From assembly GCA_020725315.1 (NCBI GenBank), contig DYFG01000001.1, positions 17,015 through 81,014 on the forward strand: a stretch of DNA of 64,000 nt, given 5' to 3'. The translations under genes were made by a program, and so were the position numbers. The notes under the pieces were generated by a model. That model searched no databases and was not told where the DNA came from. It was given only the letters and a program-made list of their open reading frames with translations. Positions within the stretch are counted from its first letter, which is position 1; each line of letters begins with the position of its first letter. Shown here in pieces: positions 1 through 9,553 of this stretch. The DNA comes from Nitrosotalea sp. (GTDB lineage: Archaea > Halobacteriota > Syntropharchaeia > Alkanophagales > Methanospirareceae).

Positions 1-1576
1 TGAAACAGTAACAAAGATTATTCACAACGCTGCCTTTGACGTAAAGTGGCTTCAAATTCACTTAAATATAGTAGTGAAGAACGTTTTTGATACACTGATA
101 GCCGAACGACTTCTTAACATGGGCAAACAACAGCCCAATGACCTTAAATTTGTGCTGGCACACCGCTTTGGAGTGGTGTTGGATAAGGAGATGCGAGAAT
201 CTTTTGAGGATCGGGTTTCTTTTGATGAAAAACCCATGACGACAGACGAGTTTGAGTACATTATTCACGATGTAGAGCATCTACCGCGCCTAAAAGCAGC
301 ACAAGTGGCTGAAATTTCTAAGAAAGCACTTGGAAGGGTGTTGAAAATTGAATTAGATTTGCTTCCGATAGTAATTCAGATGGAAACTAAGGGAGTTAGG
401 TGTGATGTAGACCTGTGGGAACAGTATTTACCACAGTTTTCAGAACAGGTAAACTTGTATGAGACAAAATTACGCGAGTTTTTAGGAGAAGGTTACGTTC
501 TGCCTGTGCAGCGTACAAAAAAGGGCGAACAAGTTGTTGTGGAAGTGCCTGTAGAAGATATTAACTACGGTAGCCCGCAACAAATCAACGCCCTGTTTGC
601 TCAACTGGGTATTGATGTGCCCAATACTTCTGCCCCAACCCTGACAGAATGGTTAGAAGAAAATAAAGATCACCCTAATGCAAGGTTTGTAGACTATTTG
701 TTGGCTTTTAGACACTGGCAAAAGCTGTCAGGATGGAACTATCCTAAATATGTACATCCTGTAACGGGTATGGTACATCCCCAATGGAACCAGTTAGGGC
801 CGGGTACGGGTAGGCTTTCTTGTAGCAATCCAAACTTACAGAATGTTCCTCGCCCTACCCCAGGGGAACCTAATCTTAGAAATCTGTGGATACCAGACAC
901 CAAAGACTACGTAATCTTGGGCGCAGACTATTCCCAACAAGAACCAAGAATTTTTGCTCATCTTTGTCAAGACCCTGCTATGATAGAGGCGTGTAATAAC
1001 GAAGATGTGTATATTGAATTTGCTAAGCATATGTTTGGCAGGACGGTTGAAAAGGACAGCGAAGAACGGCACATAGCCAAACAATTTGTATTGGCAGTTG
1101 GGTATGGTGCTGGCGCTCAGAAGCTACATAAAACTTCTGGTCTACCTCTAAAAGAGTGTGAGCGTATTCGTAACATCATTCGAGACACCTTCCCTATAAT
1201 GGTGGCTTGGAGTCAAGAACAATACCGAAAAGTAATGACGTATGGACACACACGCACAGCAATAGGCAGAATAAGATACTTGACTACCGCTTATGATAGG
1301 AAGTTTACTAACGCTGTAAACTCTCCGGTACAGGGTACCGCAGCAGATATGACAAAGTACGCTATCGTTCGGTGTAATAACTACCTAGAGAGACACAACA
1401 TAGATGCAAGAATATGGCTTACAGTTCACGATGAAATTGAAATTCAGGTACCAAAAGCACTTGCGGAATCTCTGTTACCTGCTATAATTAATGAGATGGA
1501 AGAGGCAGGTAAAGAAATCTGTCCTTCTGTCTTACATGTTGCGGAAGGTAAGATTTATGAGGTATGGGACAAGTAA
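1..1576 (+). CDS. polA: DNA polymerase I, family A (3'-5' exo plus polymerase domains), 5' end truncated by the window edge
   Basis: The frame stays open from nt 2, upstream of the listed GTG at 74. The window starts inside the exo motif (HNAAFDVKWL). Polymerase motif B is KQFVLAVGYGAG and motif C is LTVHDEIEI. Confidence 0.85.
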   Translation, partial: ETVTKIIHNAAFDVKWLQIHLNIVVKNVFDTLIAERLLNMGKQQPNDLKFVLAHRFGVVLDKEMRESFEDRVSFDEKPMTTDEFEYIIHDVEHLPRLKAAQVAEISKKALGRVLKIELDLLPIVIQMETKGVRCDVDLWEQYLPQFSEQVNLYETKLREFLGEGYVLPVQRTKKGEQVVVEVPVEDINYGSPQQINALFAQLGIDVPNTSAPTLTEWLEENKDHPNARFVDYLLAFRHWQKLSGWNYPKYVHPVTGMVHPQWNQLGPGTGRLSCSNPNLQNVPRPTPGEPNLRNLWIPDTKDYVILGADYSQQEPRIFAHLCQDPAMIEACNNEDVYIEFAKHMFGRTVEKDSEERHIAKQFVLAVGYGAGAQKLHKTSGLPLKECERIRNIIRDTFPIMVAWSQEQYRKVMTYGHTRTAIGRIRYLTTAYDRKFTNAVNSPVQGTAADMTKYAIVRCNNYLERHNIDARIWLTVHDEIEIQVPKALAESLLPAIINEMEEAGKEICPSVLHVAEGKIYEVWDK

Positions 1577-2415
1577 TGGACAAAGTAGTTAATAAACTTA
1601 CAGAGAAACCCATCTCAGAAATTGCTTCTGATGGGGTAATGTCAAGGGTACTTATAGAAATACAAAAACTAAACCAAGAGACGGGTGTGGATGTGACTTG
1701 GTTTAGTAAAGCAATGAACTTGTTTACGTTTTTTAATAACATAGAAACAGGGTTCGGTCACGCAAAAGCCTGTATTCTATACCTCATTAAAGAACGTTGG
1801 GAAGACCTAGAGTATGAGGTTCGTCGTCAGTATGATCTTAGCTTTATGACATTTGCTCGTCGTCTTACTGGCAAAGAAAATAGTACGATTGATAATTGGA
1901 TGCGTGTAGCAAAGGTCTGGTTAATGCCAGACGGAGCTAGACCCGCCTTTGAAGTTCCTGTTGTTCAGCGAGAAGCAAATGGGAAACCAAAGGTAGACGA
2001 ATACGGCAAACAAATAGTCCAATACGAGTCGTTTGACCCCTACAAAGTAGATATGACAAAGCTTCTTTTGCTAACAAACAAGGCATCATCAGGAGCAATG
2101 ACAGATCGTTTGTGGGAGCTTGCAGCTGATCCTTACTATACGTGTGAAGATATTCGACACGAAATAGTAAACGGAGCAGGAGATGGTAGTCCTGTACTAA
2201 AGTACATTTTGGTAGGACCAGACATATATGCTACGCGGGATGGGGAAAGTGTTCCCGTCATTACAGCAGATGAGGGAATTAATTGGGACGCTTTTTATTA
2301 TGGGGATGGGTTGGAGAAAGAAGCGATCCAGGAGTTACTTCATCGTCTCGGAATTAAACTAGATGAGGATGTAATCTATGACGCCAACCACCAACTCTAC
2401 GGACAGAAAGATTAG
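1564..2415 (+). CDS. hypothetical phage protein (replication module)
   Basis: 283-aa ORF. Its ATG overlaps the polA stop. No recognisable motifs. Confidence 0.4.
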   Translation: MGQVMDKVVNKLTEKPISEIASDGVMSRVLIEIQKLNQETGVDVTWFSKAMNLFTFFNNIETGFGHAKACILYLIKERWEDLEYEVRRQYDLSFMTFARRLTGKENSTIDNWMRVAKVWLMPDGARPAFEVPVVQREANGKPKVDEYGKQIVQYESFDPYKVDMTKLLLLTNKASSGAMTDRLWELAADPYYTCEDIRHEIVNGAGDGSPVLKYILVGPDIYATRDGESVPVITADEGINWDAFYYGDGLEKEAIQELLHRLGIKLDEDVIYDANHQLYGQKD

Positions 2416-2710
2416 GGACATTAAGATTACCAATCAATTTATTCAGGATTGGGAAGCCGCAAGACATGACCCGCAAGTAAAAATCTATGTAGACAGACTG
2501 ATTAATGTTGTTACCAGATATGGAGAGCTACCAAACAGCCTTAATCCTCACAAGGCGTTTAAATCATTACCCTATATCATAGGTTATGTGTCGGTTAATA
2601 AGGTGGGCTGGCGCATGACCTTCTTGATAGAAGATGGTGTAATGATTTTTGATCGCCTGTTACGACACGATGAAATGGACATTTATCTACGGGAGATGGG
2701 AAAGATATGA
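2378..2710 (+). CDS. RelE/ParE-fold (Gp49-like) protein, putative
   Basis: The C-terminal GWRMTFLIEDGVMIFDRLLRHDEMDIY resembles the conserved RelE/ParE/Gp49 C-terminus (..R..Y....vI.vl.i.HR.d.Y). Its stop overlaps the MTase start (ATGA). Confidence 0.3.
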   Translation: MTPTTNSTDRKIRDIKITNQFIQDWEAARHDPQVKIYVDRLINVVTRYGELPNSLNPHKAFKSLPYIIGYVSVNKVGWRMTFLIEDGVMIFDRLLRHDEMDIYLREMGKI

Positions 2711-3396
2711 TTGAGTATAGCGCCGAACACCGTAACAATGCTTTGAATGAATTTATTACGCCTAGAGAACTTGCGCTTAGGATGGCACAGCTAAGTTATG
2801 AGTTTCTACAGGATGCAGATCGTGTCAGCGTCCTTAACGTCATTGATGGGGGAGCAAACACAGGTCGGTTTGGTAGTGCTGTTCGTCAGGTATACAAAGA
2901 CGCCTGGATCACTGGCGTCGAACTGATGAAAATGCCGACAAAACCGTTGGTTTATGACGAGTATTTTGACAACACAGACTTTCTAAATTTTTGGCCTAAT
3001 AAATCCTATGATTTGGCGATAGGAAATCCCCCCTTTACAGTAAACAATGAACCTACGGCAGAGAACTTTGCCAGGAAAAACCTCTATTTACTACGTGATG
3101 GGGGATGGAGTATTCAACTGCTCCGTACTAATTTCTTACATTCAGCAGAGCGAGTAGCGTTCTGGCAAGAATACCCTGCTAAATACGTGTATATATTGGT
3201 GCGGCGTCCTAGTTTCTACAAACAAGACCCGCGTGAAGAATTGTTTGGCAAAGCCAACACTAACGCACATGACTACAGTGTTTTTGTGTGGCAAAAGGGT
3301 TGGCAGGGAGAGACAACCTTACGCTGGTTAGAATGGGATTACGAAAAAGAACCAGAATACTACCAACTTCCTTTGCCAGGAGTTTTTTCTGCTTGA
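2707..3396 (+). CDS. DNA N6-adenine methyltransferase (gamma-class motif order)
   Basis: SAM motif I VLNVIDGGANTGRFG precedes catalytic motif IV AIGNPPF. Confidence 0.7.
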   Translation: MIEYSAEHRNNALNEFITPRELALRMAQLSYEFLQDADRVSVLNVIDGGANTGRFGSAVRQVYKDAWITGVELMKMPTKPLVYDEYFDNTDFLNFWPNKSYDLAIGNPPFTVNNEPTAENFARKNLYLLRDGGWSIQLLRTNFLHSAERVAFWQEYPAKYVYILVRRPSFYKQDPREELFGKANTNAHDYSVFVWQKGWQGETTLRWLEWDYEKEPEYYQLPLPGVFSA

Positions 3397-3446
3397 TGCT
3401 ACTTAAAATGTAGGCTATAATAGGGGAAAAGAAAGGAGAGCTTGAA

Positions 3447-4397
3447 ATGTCAGTAGTTCCGTACAAAAAGAAAGATACTGCACTAGAAGTCCTGCTAGGC
3501 TCTCTAGACTCTATGTCATCTAGGGTGGCCTACAAGGGGGCAGTTACCTCATTTATCCGTTGGTATCAGCAGACAGGGCAGGCAGACGCCTATCGTGGTG
3601 TGCTGGCGTGGAAGGCGTATATGCGAGACGATCTAGGGCTTGCAGCAGCTACTATCAACGCCAAGCTGTCGGCGGTGCGTCGTTACTTTGCTACGGCAGC
3701 GTCCCTTAACCTGATTGATGCACGTATGGCTACTGCTATTCAGGGGATTGGGAACGTTGCCAGCGAAGGAAAACGTCTTGCCACGTGGCTTAGCAAAGAG
3801 AAGGCGACCGAGCTTCTTAACCTGCCTGATGTAGAAACTCCTACAGGTAGTCGAGACTACGCTATCCTGAGTTTGTTGGTAGGCGTGGCCCTTCGTCGTG
3901 GAGAGCTAATTTCTTTGACCTGGGGGCAGTTTGAGAAAGTAGAAGATAGTGGTGGAGTGTTTTGGATCATCCGTGATCTCCGCCGCAAGCGAAATCGTAC
4001 TCAATCAATCCCCGTACCAGGGTGGACGATTGATGCCCTGCTCCATTATGCCAGTTTTTTACCAGAAGATAAGAAAACTTTTAACGGTCGCGTGTTCTTG
4101 TCTTACGTGAATAATGAGTGGGGAAACTCAATCTCTGAGAAAGCAATCTATAACATTGTCTCGCAGTACGGAGAGAAGTTGGGTGTGCCAGAACTTGCCC
4201 CTCACGACCTTCGCCGTACCTGGGCGGCACTAGCTTATAAAGGGAATGCTGATCTACTAGCTATTCAGGAAACGTTGGGACATTCAAATATTGAAACGAC
4301 CCGTCGTTATCTAGCTGAACTTTCTGTATTTGAAAATGACTCAGTGTATAAAACTGGGCTTGACAACCCGAACAGAAGCTTGTACAATGATAGTTGA
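3447..4397 (+). CDS. int: tyrosine recombinase / phage integrase family protein
   Basis: C-terminal catalytic region APHDLRRTW ... LGHSNIETTRRYL (H-x-x-R ... Y). Strong RBS GAAAGGAG upstream of the ATG. Confidence 0.85.
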   Translation: MSVVPYKKKDTALEVLLGSLDSMSSRVAYKGAVTSFIRWYQQTGQADAYRGVLAWKAYMRDDLGLAAATINAKLSAVRRYFATAASLNLIDARMATAIQGIGNVASEGKRLATWLSKEKATELLNLPDVETPTGSRDYAILSLLVGVALRRGELISLTWGQFEKVEDSGGVFWIIRDLRRKRNRTQSIPVPGWTIDALLHYASFLPEDKKTFNGRVFLSYVNNEWGNSISEKAIYNIVSQYGEKLGVPELAPHDLRRTWAALAYKGNADLLAIQETLGHSNIETTRRYLAELSVFENDSVYKTGLDNPNRSLYNDS

Positions 4398-4809
4398 ACT
4401 ACCGTACCTCGCTGATATAAGTATCAACCACTGTTTTAATCGTGGGCAGGTACGGTTTGGATACAAGCAATCTGTGAGGGACTGGAAACAATTACTAAAG
4501 GACTCCATACTTGCTGAACTAAATGGTAAAGTATGGAGTCCCCCTATCCATTTTCAATATCTGGTGTTGTATCCTTCTAGAACAAGGAAGGGTGATCCAC
4601 CAAACATGAATAAAATCATTCAAGACGCCATAGCCGAGGCTTTGGGGTTTGATGACACAATGGAGAATATAATTGGTGGGCCACATTTCGGCTTTAAGAC
4701 AAGGCATAAAGAGGGAAAGATTATTATTTCTATTCACAAACTAGAAAACATAGTAGTACCCGACTTTTTACTAGACAGAATAGGAACAGATTTTGTACTG
4801 AAGGAGTAA
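4387..4809 (+). CDS. rusA: RusA-like Holliday junction resolvase (start probably the internal ATG at 4387, MIVELPY)
   Basis: Motif DPPNMNKIIQDAIAEALGFDDTMENI matches the RusA D-x-DN-x-K...DAL...DD acidic catalytic cluster. The listed ORF starts at 4330, inside the integrase 3' end. Confidence 0.6.
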   Translation: MIVELPYLADISINHCFNRGQVRFGYKQSVRDWKQLLKDSILAELNGKVWSPPIHFQYLVLYPSRTRKGDPPNMNKIIQDAIAEALGFDDTMENIIGGPHFGFKTRHKEGKIIISIHKLENIVVPDFLLDRIGTDFVLKE

Positions 4810-4812
4810 TCT

Positions 4813-5001
4813 ATGGCCCTATATGAATTTCGTTGTGCTGGGTGTGGGTATGTGATTGCTCGTCACTTTCCTATCTCAGAACGACCAGAGTTTTTAGAGT
4901 GTCCTAAATGTGGGGAAGAAATGAAGCGTGTAATAACTTCTCCCCACGTTATTTATAGAGGAAATGGATGGGGAAAGGACTATAAAACTAATAGTGGATG
5001 A
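4813..5001 (+). CDS. FmdB-family zinc-ribbon protein
   Basis: CAGCGY ... CPKCGEE: a CxxC-x17-CxxC zinc ribbon, 62 aa. Confidence 0.5.
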   Translation: MALYEFRCAGCGYVIARHFPISERPEFLECPKCGEEMKRVITSPHVIYRGNGWGKDYKTNSG

Positions 5002-5254
5002 TAGCTTTTTGATTGTGACTGTTGCATACTATCCCACACTACGGGAATATGAAATAGGCGGAATTTCGTTAGTAAACGAAGAGCCTGTTATTATACAGGG
5101 AGAACGAGCAGGAATAGTCTTGGATATGTTGGCAAAAAGAGAACACACTACAAAAGAAGAAATGTTTAGCCATAGCAAATATCCTGAAGATATTATAGTA
5201 AGTATTAAAGAAGTATTTATTGACGATGATTTTGACACCAACGACAGTACTTGA
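4964..5254 (+). CDS. hypothetical protein
   Basis: 96-aa ORF in an operon-like series. Confidence 0.3.
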   Translation: MDGERTIKLIVDDSFLIVTVAYYPTLREYEIGGISLVNEEPVIIQGERAGIVLDMLAKREHTTKEEMFSHSKYPEDIIVSIKEVFIDDDFDTNDST

Positions 5255-5609
5255 TCCCGTTCTTTATCCAGAGTTCCGAGGGAATAGCAAAATAACAGAG
5301 TGGCGTAAGGAGCTTAAGCGTGCCTTATTAATAAGGCGCAATTGGGTGTCTGATTATTCTGGATTGTCTGTAGCTGCTGACTGTGAAATGCATGAAGGAA
5401 TTATTACGAGGGGAATGGTACAAGGACTTAAATGGCGTTGGATGATTTTTACGGAATATAATTGTTTGTTGTTGAGACACACAGAACACCAGCCCCAACC
5501 ACCCTCTAGACAATGGTGTGTTCAGTGGGCATTTGATATGTATGGTGAAGACACTATAAAAGAATGGTTCTATTCTCTACCCTTTAAGGTGTACCCGTTT
5601 AGGATATAG
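5220..5609 (+). CDS. hypothetical protein
   Basis: 129-aa ORF. Confidence 0.3.
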   Translation: MTMILTPTTVLDPVLYPEFRGNSKITEWRKELKRALLIRRNWVSDYSGLSVAADCEMHEGIITRGMVQGLKWRWMIFTEYNCLLLRHTEHQPQPPSRQWCVQWAFDMYGEDTIKEWFYSLPFKVYPFRI

Positions 5610-5611
5610 CA

Positions 5612-5851
5612 ATGAACACTTCATTCTGGAATTTTCCTAAATCTTGCAAGTATGATGTGCTAACTGAAGAACGCCATGTACATTTGATACACGGCGCTCT
5701 TTGTGATCCCCAAACTAAACTAGAGAAAGTGGATCACGATTTTCTTATGTATGGAGATGAAGAAGCTCTTTTAGTAAAAAAACCTAATTCTGCTCCACTA
5801 CGACTAGCTCTACATCTTTATTCTGCTTTGGTTTACTTACTTGCTAGGTAG
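5612..5851 (+). CDS. hypothetical protein
   Basis: 79-aa ORF. It is convergent with the tail-fiber gene. Confidence 0.25.
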   Translation: MNTSFWNFPKSCKYDVLTEERHVHLIHGALCDPQTKLEKVDHDFLMYGDEEALLVKKPNSAPLRLALHLYSALVYLLAR

Positions 5852-7157
5852 CTTTCGTCATAGCGGTGTACCACCAATTTGTACCATCACTCGCTACATA
5901 ATAAACATTCGAACCTGCTCCACTATTATCTAGTAAAGCAGTATATCCTGCCCCTACTGTAGCAGGTGTTCCTATAGCCGAATCAAGTTCTGCATCGGTA
6001 GGCGGATTACTTACATTATTTGTATATACAGGTATATGGGTGCCTAATGGACCTATTTCGCTCCCTGAACTGTCTAGAACATAAATCCCGTCTGATTTGG
6101 CATATATTTTATGTGTATCGCTGCTTGGGGTAGATGGGGTAGTTATATCGTCTAACGCAACAGCACCAGAGACATGCAGTTTATCTTCTGGTTCTGTCTG
6201 ATCAATGCCCACACGTCCCGAAGAACGGAGCGTAATCCGTTCCACAGCATTCCCGTCTGCGGGAGCAACTCTAAAGGCTAGTTTTGCTGGAACCCTAGAG
6301 GGGCCGGTAGTTACTGTGCCATCAACCGTTGCCCGTATTTCAGCGCCCCTAACTACGTTCGTCCCGTTGTACGATCCGTAAAAACCTATATCGCCCAGAA
6401 CATCCCCATCCTCTACAGCAAGGGCCGATTCTACTGATCCTCTGTACCGATAGAGCGTCAGGGCCGGTGAATCAGAATTTGATTTTGTTATCGCTGTAAA
6501 CCGAGAAAGTCCACTCTCGATCAGTATGGAAGCAGAAGCAGAACTGAATGCGTTTAATCGAATCCCTGGTACATCTTCAACTCCGTCACCACTGTTGTTA
6601 ACTCTTAGTGGTGCTAATGGATAGGTGTATGAAGCGGGGGTATCTGACAGATCAAGAAAATCAGTAACTCCACCTGCCAGGGTTTCCGCCTTCCACGTAC
6701 TTGATCCACTATCAAAAACCAACGCTTGACCATCTGAAGGTGGAATAGTCAGATCAACATCTGTTAGATCATCTAGTTCACTTGCACCACCACTAACGGC
6801 TTCCCAAGCAGCACCCCCCGAACCGTCAGCAGTTAACACATACCCATCAGCAGCAGCACCGCTTGTTAGATTGGCTGCATCAAACGTTCCCCCGTCTCCG
6901 GGGTCTCCACTGTGGTCGTGATCTGCTAAAGCCCCGCCACCTGCAACAAACTCTAGACCGTCTTCTCCTGCTGTAACCGCAACAATTTTCCCTGCTTGTC
7001 CTATATAATTATCAGGAGCATCAGTAAGTTGCACAAAAGACATAGCATCAGATAGATCGGCTACCCCATCTTGTGTTTCTAGGTAGGAAATTCTTTGTCT
7101 AAGAGAGCTTATAGCGTCGTAAATATCCCTAAGTAAGCGTTCCATCATCCACCGCAC
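5844..7157 (-). CDS. tail fiber protein (coiled-coil N-terminus, Gly-rich collagen-like central region)
   Basis: It is the last gene of the tail module. Coiled-coil N-terminus, then Gly/Asp-rich GGGALADHDHSGDPGDGG ... GSGGAAWEAVSGG. Confidence 0.5.
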   Translation of the reverse strand: MRWMMERLLRDIYDAISSLRQRISYLETQDGVADLSDAMSFVQLTDAPDNYIGQAGKIVAVTAGEDGLEFVAGGGALADHDHSGDPGDGGTFDAANLTSGAAADGYVLTADGSGGAAWEAVSGGASELDDLTDVDLTIPPSDGQALVFDSGSSTWKAETLAGGVTDFLDLSDTPASYTYPLAPLRVNNSGDGVEDVPGIRLNAFSSASASILIESGLSRFTAITKSNSDSPALTLYRYRGSVESALAVEDGDVLGDIGFYGSYNGTNVVRGAEIRATVDGTVTTGPSRVPAKLAFRVAPADGNAVERITLRSSGRVGIDQTEPEDKLHVSGAVALDDITTPSTPSSDTHKIYAKSDGIYVLDSSGSEIGPLGTHIPVYTNNVSNPPTDAELDSAIGTPATVGAGYTALLDNSGAGSNVYYVASDGTNWWYTAMTKAT

Positions 7158-9553
7158 AAACCTATTATTTCGCCATTACCAGGAAGTAAATCTAGGTTCC
7201 CCTTTCGACTATCAAATGTTCCAAAAAAGTTTTCTGTTACGGATATGTTTTTATTTGAGCCAAATGTGTAGATTGCAGCATCCTCGTCTCCTGCTACTGC
7301 AATGTGGCGAGTCCAGGTACACCCCGCAATTCTTTCGGTCCACGAGTCTCCCCCGTCGAGACTCGTATAAACACCATAACAAGCAGATGTAGGACCGCGA
7401 GTACCAGCAAGTGCTACCTTTAACCTGTCGTGAGGAGAGGTACCTATACCCCACCTACCAGTACGAGTACCTACAGGCCTTCCTGAAGAGGTTGGGTTAG
7501 CTGGTTCGTGAGAACCATCTTCATTCCTTCTATAAAGGGTTTGATCCTGATCTCCCTGGGGATTAGTAATAGCAGTTTTGTTATTATAATACATAATATT
7601 GGCATTATCATTGTCATGCCAGGGAATATGCAGACCTGCGCCTAACCCGCTCCCAAGTACAAAGCCGGTTTCAAATACATTCCAAGAAGCCCCATAGTCA
7701 TTAGTCACATAACAACGGGGAGCAGCGGCAGTGCGCGGGCCTGTGGCAGAAAAAGCAAAGGTATACGCCTGTCCAGGGCCTTTAGAAGTAACTAGCAGTC
7801 CCGGCATGTGGTAGTAGTTACTGTCAGTTTCTCTATGAGCAGTAATTTGTGTAGTATTCCAATTTAACCCACCATCAGTTGTGTATAAAGCATAAGTACC
7901 ACCAGTAGTTTCGTTGTTGTAATGCACCACCGCCAAAACAAACCCTTCTTCGGCAAAGGAAGCATCTATGTTTACATGAGGAAGCTCTGCTAACGTTAAT
8001 GGTAAAGAAGTCTGTTGGGTAACTATTGGAGTTCCGAAAATGTCTTCAACACGATAAATATACAGTCCGGTAGTAATCCACCCATTAACGGCCCCTACTC
8101 CATCGATATATTTGGGACTATAAGCATCTACTACAAAGTTCGTAGTAACAGTGTTTCCAGTTCCGGCATCGACCGTCCAACCCTCTAACCCCAAATCAAC
8201 GGCATCCCATGTAGGTCCACCTAGCGACGATGGATTGTTAAAATTATTAGTACGGTATACGTACCCATCACCACTAAATACTGCCAATACTTCTTGGTCA
8301 GATTTCAAGTCCCACCCTGGCACTTCATAGGGCGGCGGCGGCCCGTAAGGATCGGGATCATAATACTCTCCGGTATAAGTAGCAAGGTAGTTTTTAATGC
8401 TGCCTGTCAAGTCTTCCATCTCTGCTTCAACAAGCTCTACTTGTTGGGCTGCACTCCCCCCGGTTACGGTAACTGTAACCTCTCTAATCTCCCGCTCTAC
8501 CAAATAATCCCTATACTTAGCAGTAATGATGTCTCCCAAACCCCAATTATTAGGCCACAAACTGCCGGGAACTTGTCTCACATTGAAGGTCAGAGTTTGC
8601 TTAGCCGTATTTTTAGAGAGATACGCCAGCCCCTCAGTCAAAAGTTTCTGATCGTTATCTCCACCACGCGCATCAGTAAACGCTTCTTTTCGTGCCCACC
8701 TATGTCGGGCAGTAGCGTCTGTATCTTCTAACTCAAGCATACGGCGATTTGCCCCTATGCCCTGCCCCCCTACATAAGCAACATTCTTCTCTTCGCTATA
8801 ATTAAGAGACAGAATGGGGATTTCCATATTACCCGATTCGTAATGGAAGAACATACGATCTGTAGTCAGTGAGGAGTTAATTCGGCGGTCTGTTCCCCAA
8901 ACCCTAACAGCCCTCAAAAATAAAGCGGTTGGATCGTGGTATTCTGGTGGGCAGTAAACACCAAAACGCATCCCACCCGATTCAGCTATCGTTTCACAGG
9001 CGGTTAGTAGATTAGTGTATCTGGCACTATATTCAATTATATCCCCAGGATCGCCGTCTCCTATTGCTCCTAATTGGAAGGTGGGCATAACACGGTCTGG
9101 ATCGTCAACACCATTAATACAACGACTTTGTAAAATTGTCATCGCAGTTCTTACATCTGTCTTTACATCCAAAGACTCCAATCCAGCGGGCGGGATTATA
9201 ATCCGCCGATTGAGAAGCGCGGTGAATCCTTGGCTATAAAGGTTGATAATAATCTGCCCTCGTTTGCTGGACTGAAGCGTTGTGGTGGAGTGGATTCCTT
9301 CATACACCCGCTGCTTATACTTGGTTATTGGATCGATCCTGTAGATGAACATAATATGGTCATCTTTGATAGCCATCAACTCATCTATATAAGGATCATT
9401 CCACCCCAAACGAAAAGTAATAATACTGTTCCAAGGGGCATTTAGTCTTTGATGAAATTCTAGTCGATCCCAACGCTGCAAATACATGTAGGGCACAGCA
9501 TTATAATCAAACATAACTATTTCATAAGAGTCTCTAGGAATAAGCCGCATCAC
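7145..9553 (-). CDS. tail tip / Tal-like protein with C-terminal BNR (Asp-box) repeats
   Basis: 802-aa gene lying after tape measure and Dit, the expected Tal position. C-terminal Asp-box repeats SLDGGDSWTE, TDGGLNWNT, NDYGASWNV (S-x-D-x-G-x-T-W). Confidence 0.55.
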   Translation of the reverse strand: MMRLIPRDSYEIVMFDYNAVPYMYLQRWDRLEFHQRLNAPWNSIITFRLGWNDPYIDELMAIKDDHIMFIYRIDPITKYKQRVYEGIHSTTTLQSSKRGQIIINLYSQGFTALLNRRIIIPPAGLESLDVKTDVRTAMTILQSRCINGVDDPDRVMPTFQLGAIGDGDPGDIIEYSARYTNLLTACETIAESGGMRFGVYCPPEYHDPTALFLRAVRVWGTDRRINSSLTTDRMFFHYESGNMEIPILSLNYSEEKNVAYVGGQGIGANRRMLELEDTDATARHRWARKEAFTDARGGDNDQKLLTEGLAYLSKNTAKQTLTFNVRQVPGSLWPNNWGLGDIITAKYRDYLVEREIREVTVTVTGGSAAQQVELVEAEMEDLTGSIKNYLATYTGEYYDPDPYGPPPPYEVPGWDLKSDQEVLAVFSGDGYVYRTNNFNNPSSLGGPTWDAVDLGLEGWTVDAGTGNTVTTNFVVDAYSPKYIDGVGAVNGWITTGLYIYRVEDIFGTPIVTQQTSLPLTLAELPHVNIDASFAEEGFVLAVVHYNNETTGGTYALYTTDGGLNWNTTQITAHRETDSNYYHMPGLLVTSKGPGQAYTFAFSATGPRTAAAPRCYVTNDYGASWNVFETGFVLGSGLGAGLHIPWHDNDNANIMYYNNKTAITNPQGDQDQTLYRRNEDGSHEPANPTSSGRPVGTRTGRWGIGTSPHDRLKVALAGTRGPTSACYGVYTSLDGGDSWTERIAGCTWTRHIAVAGDEDAAIYTFGSNKNISVTENFFGTFDSRKGNLDLLPGNGEIIGLCGG

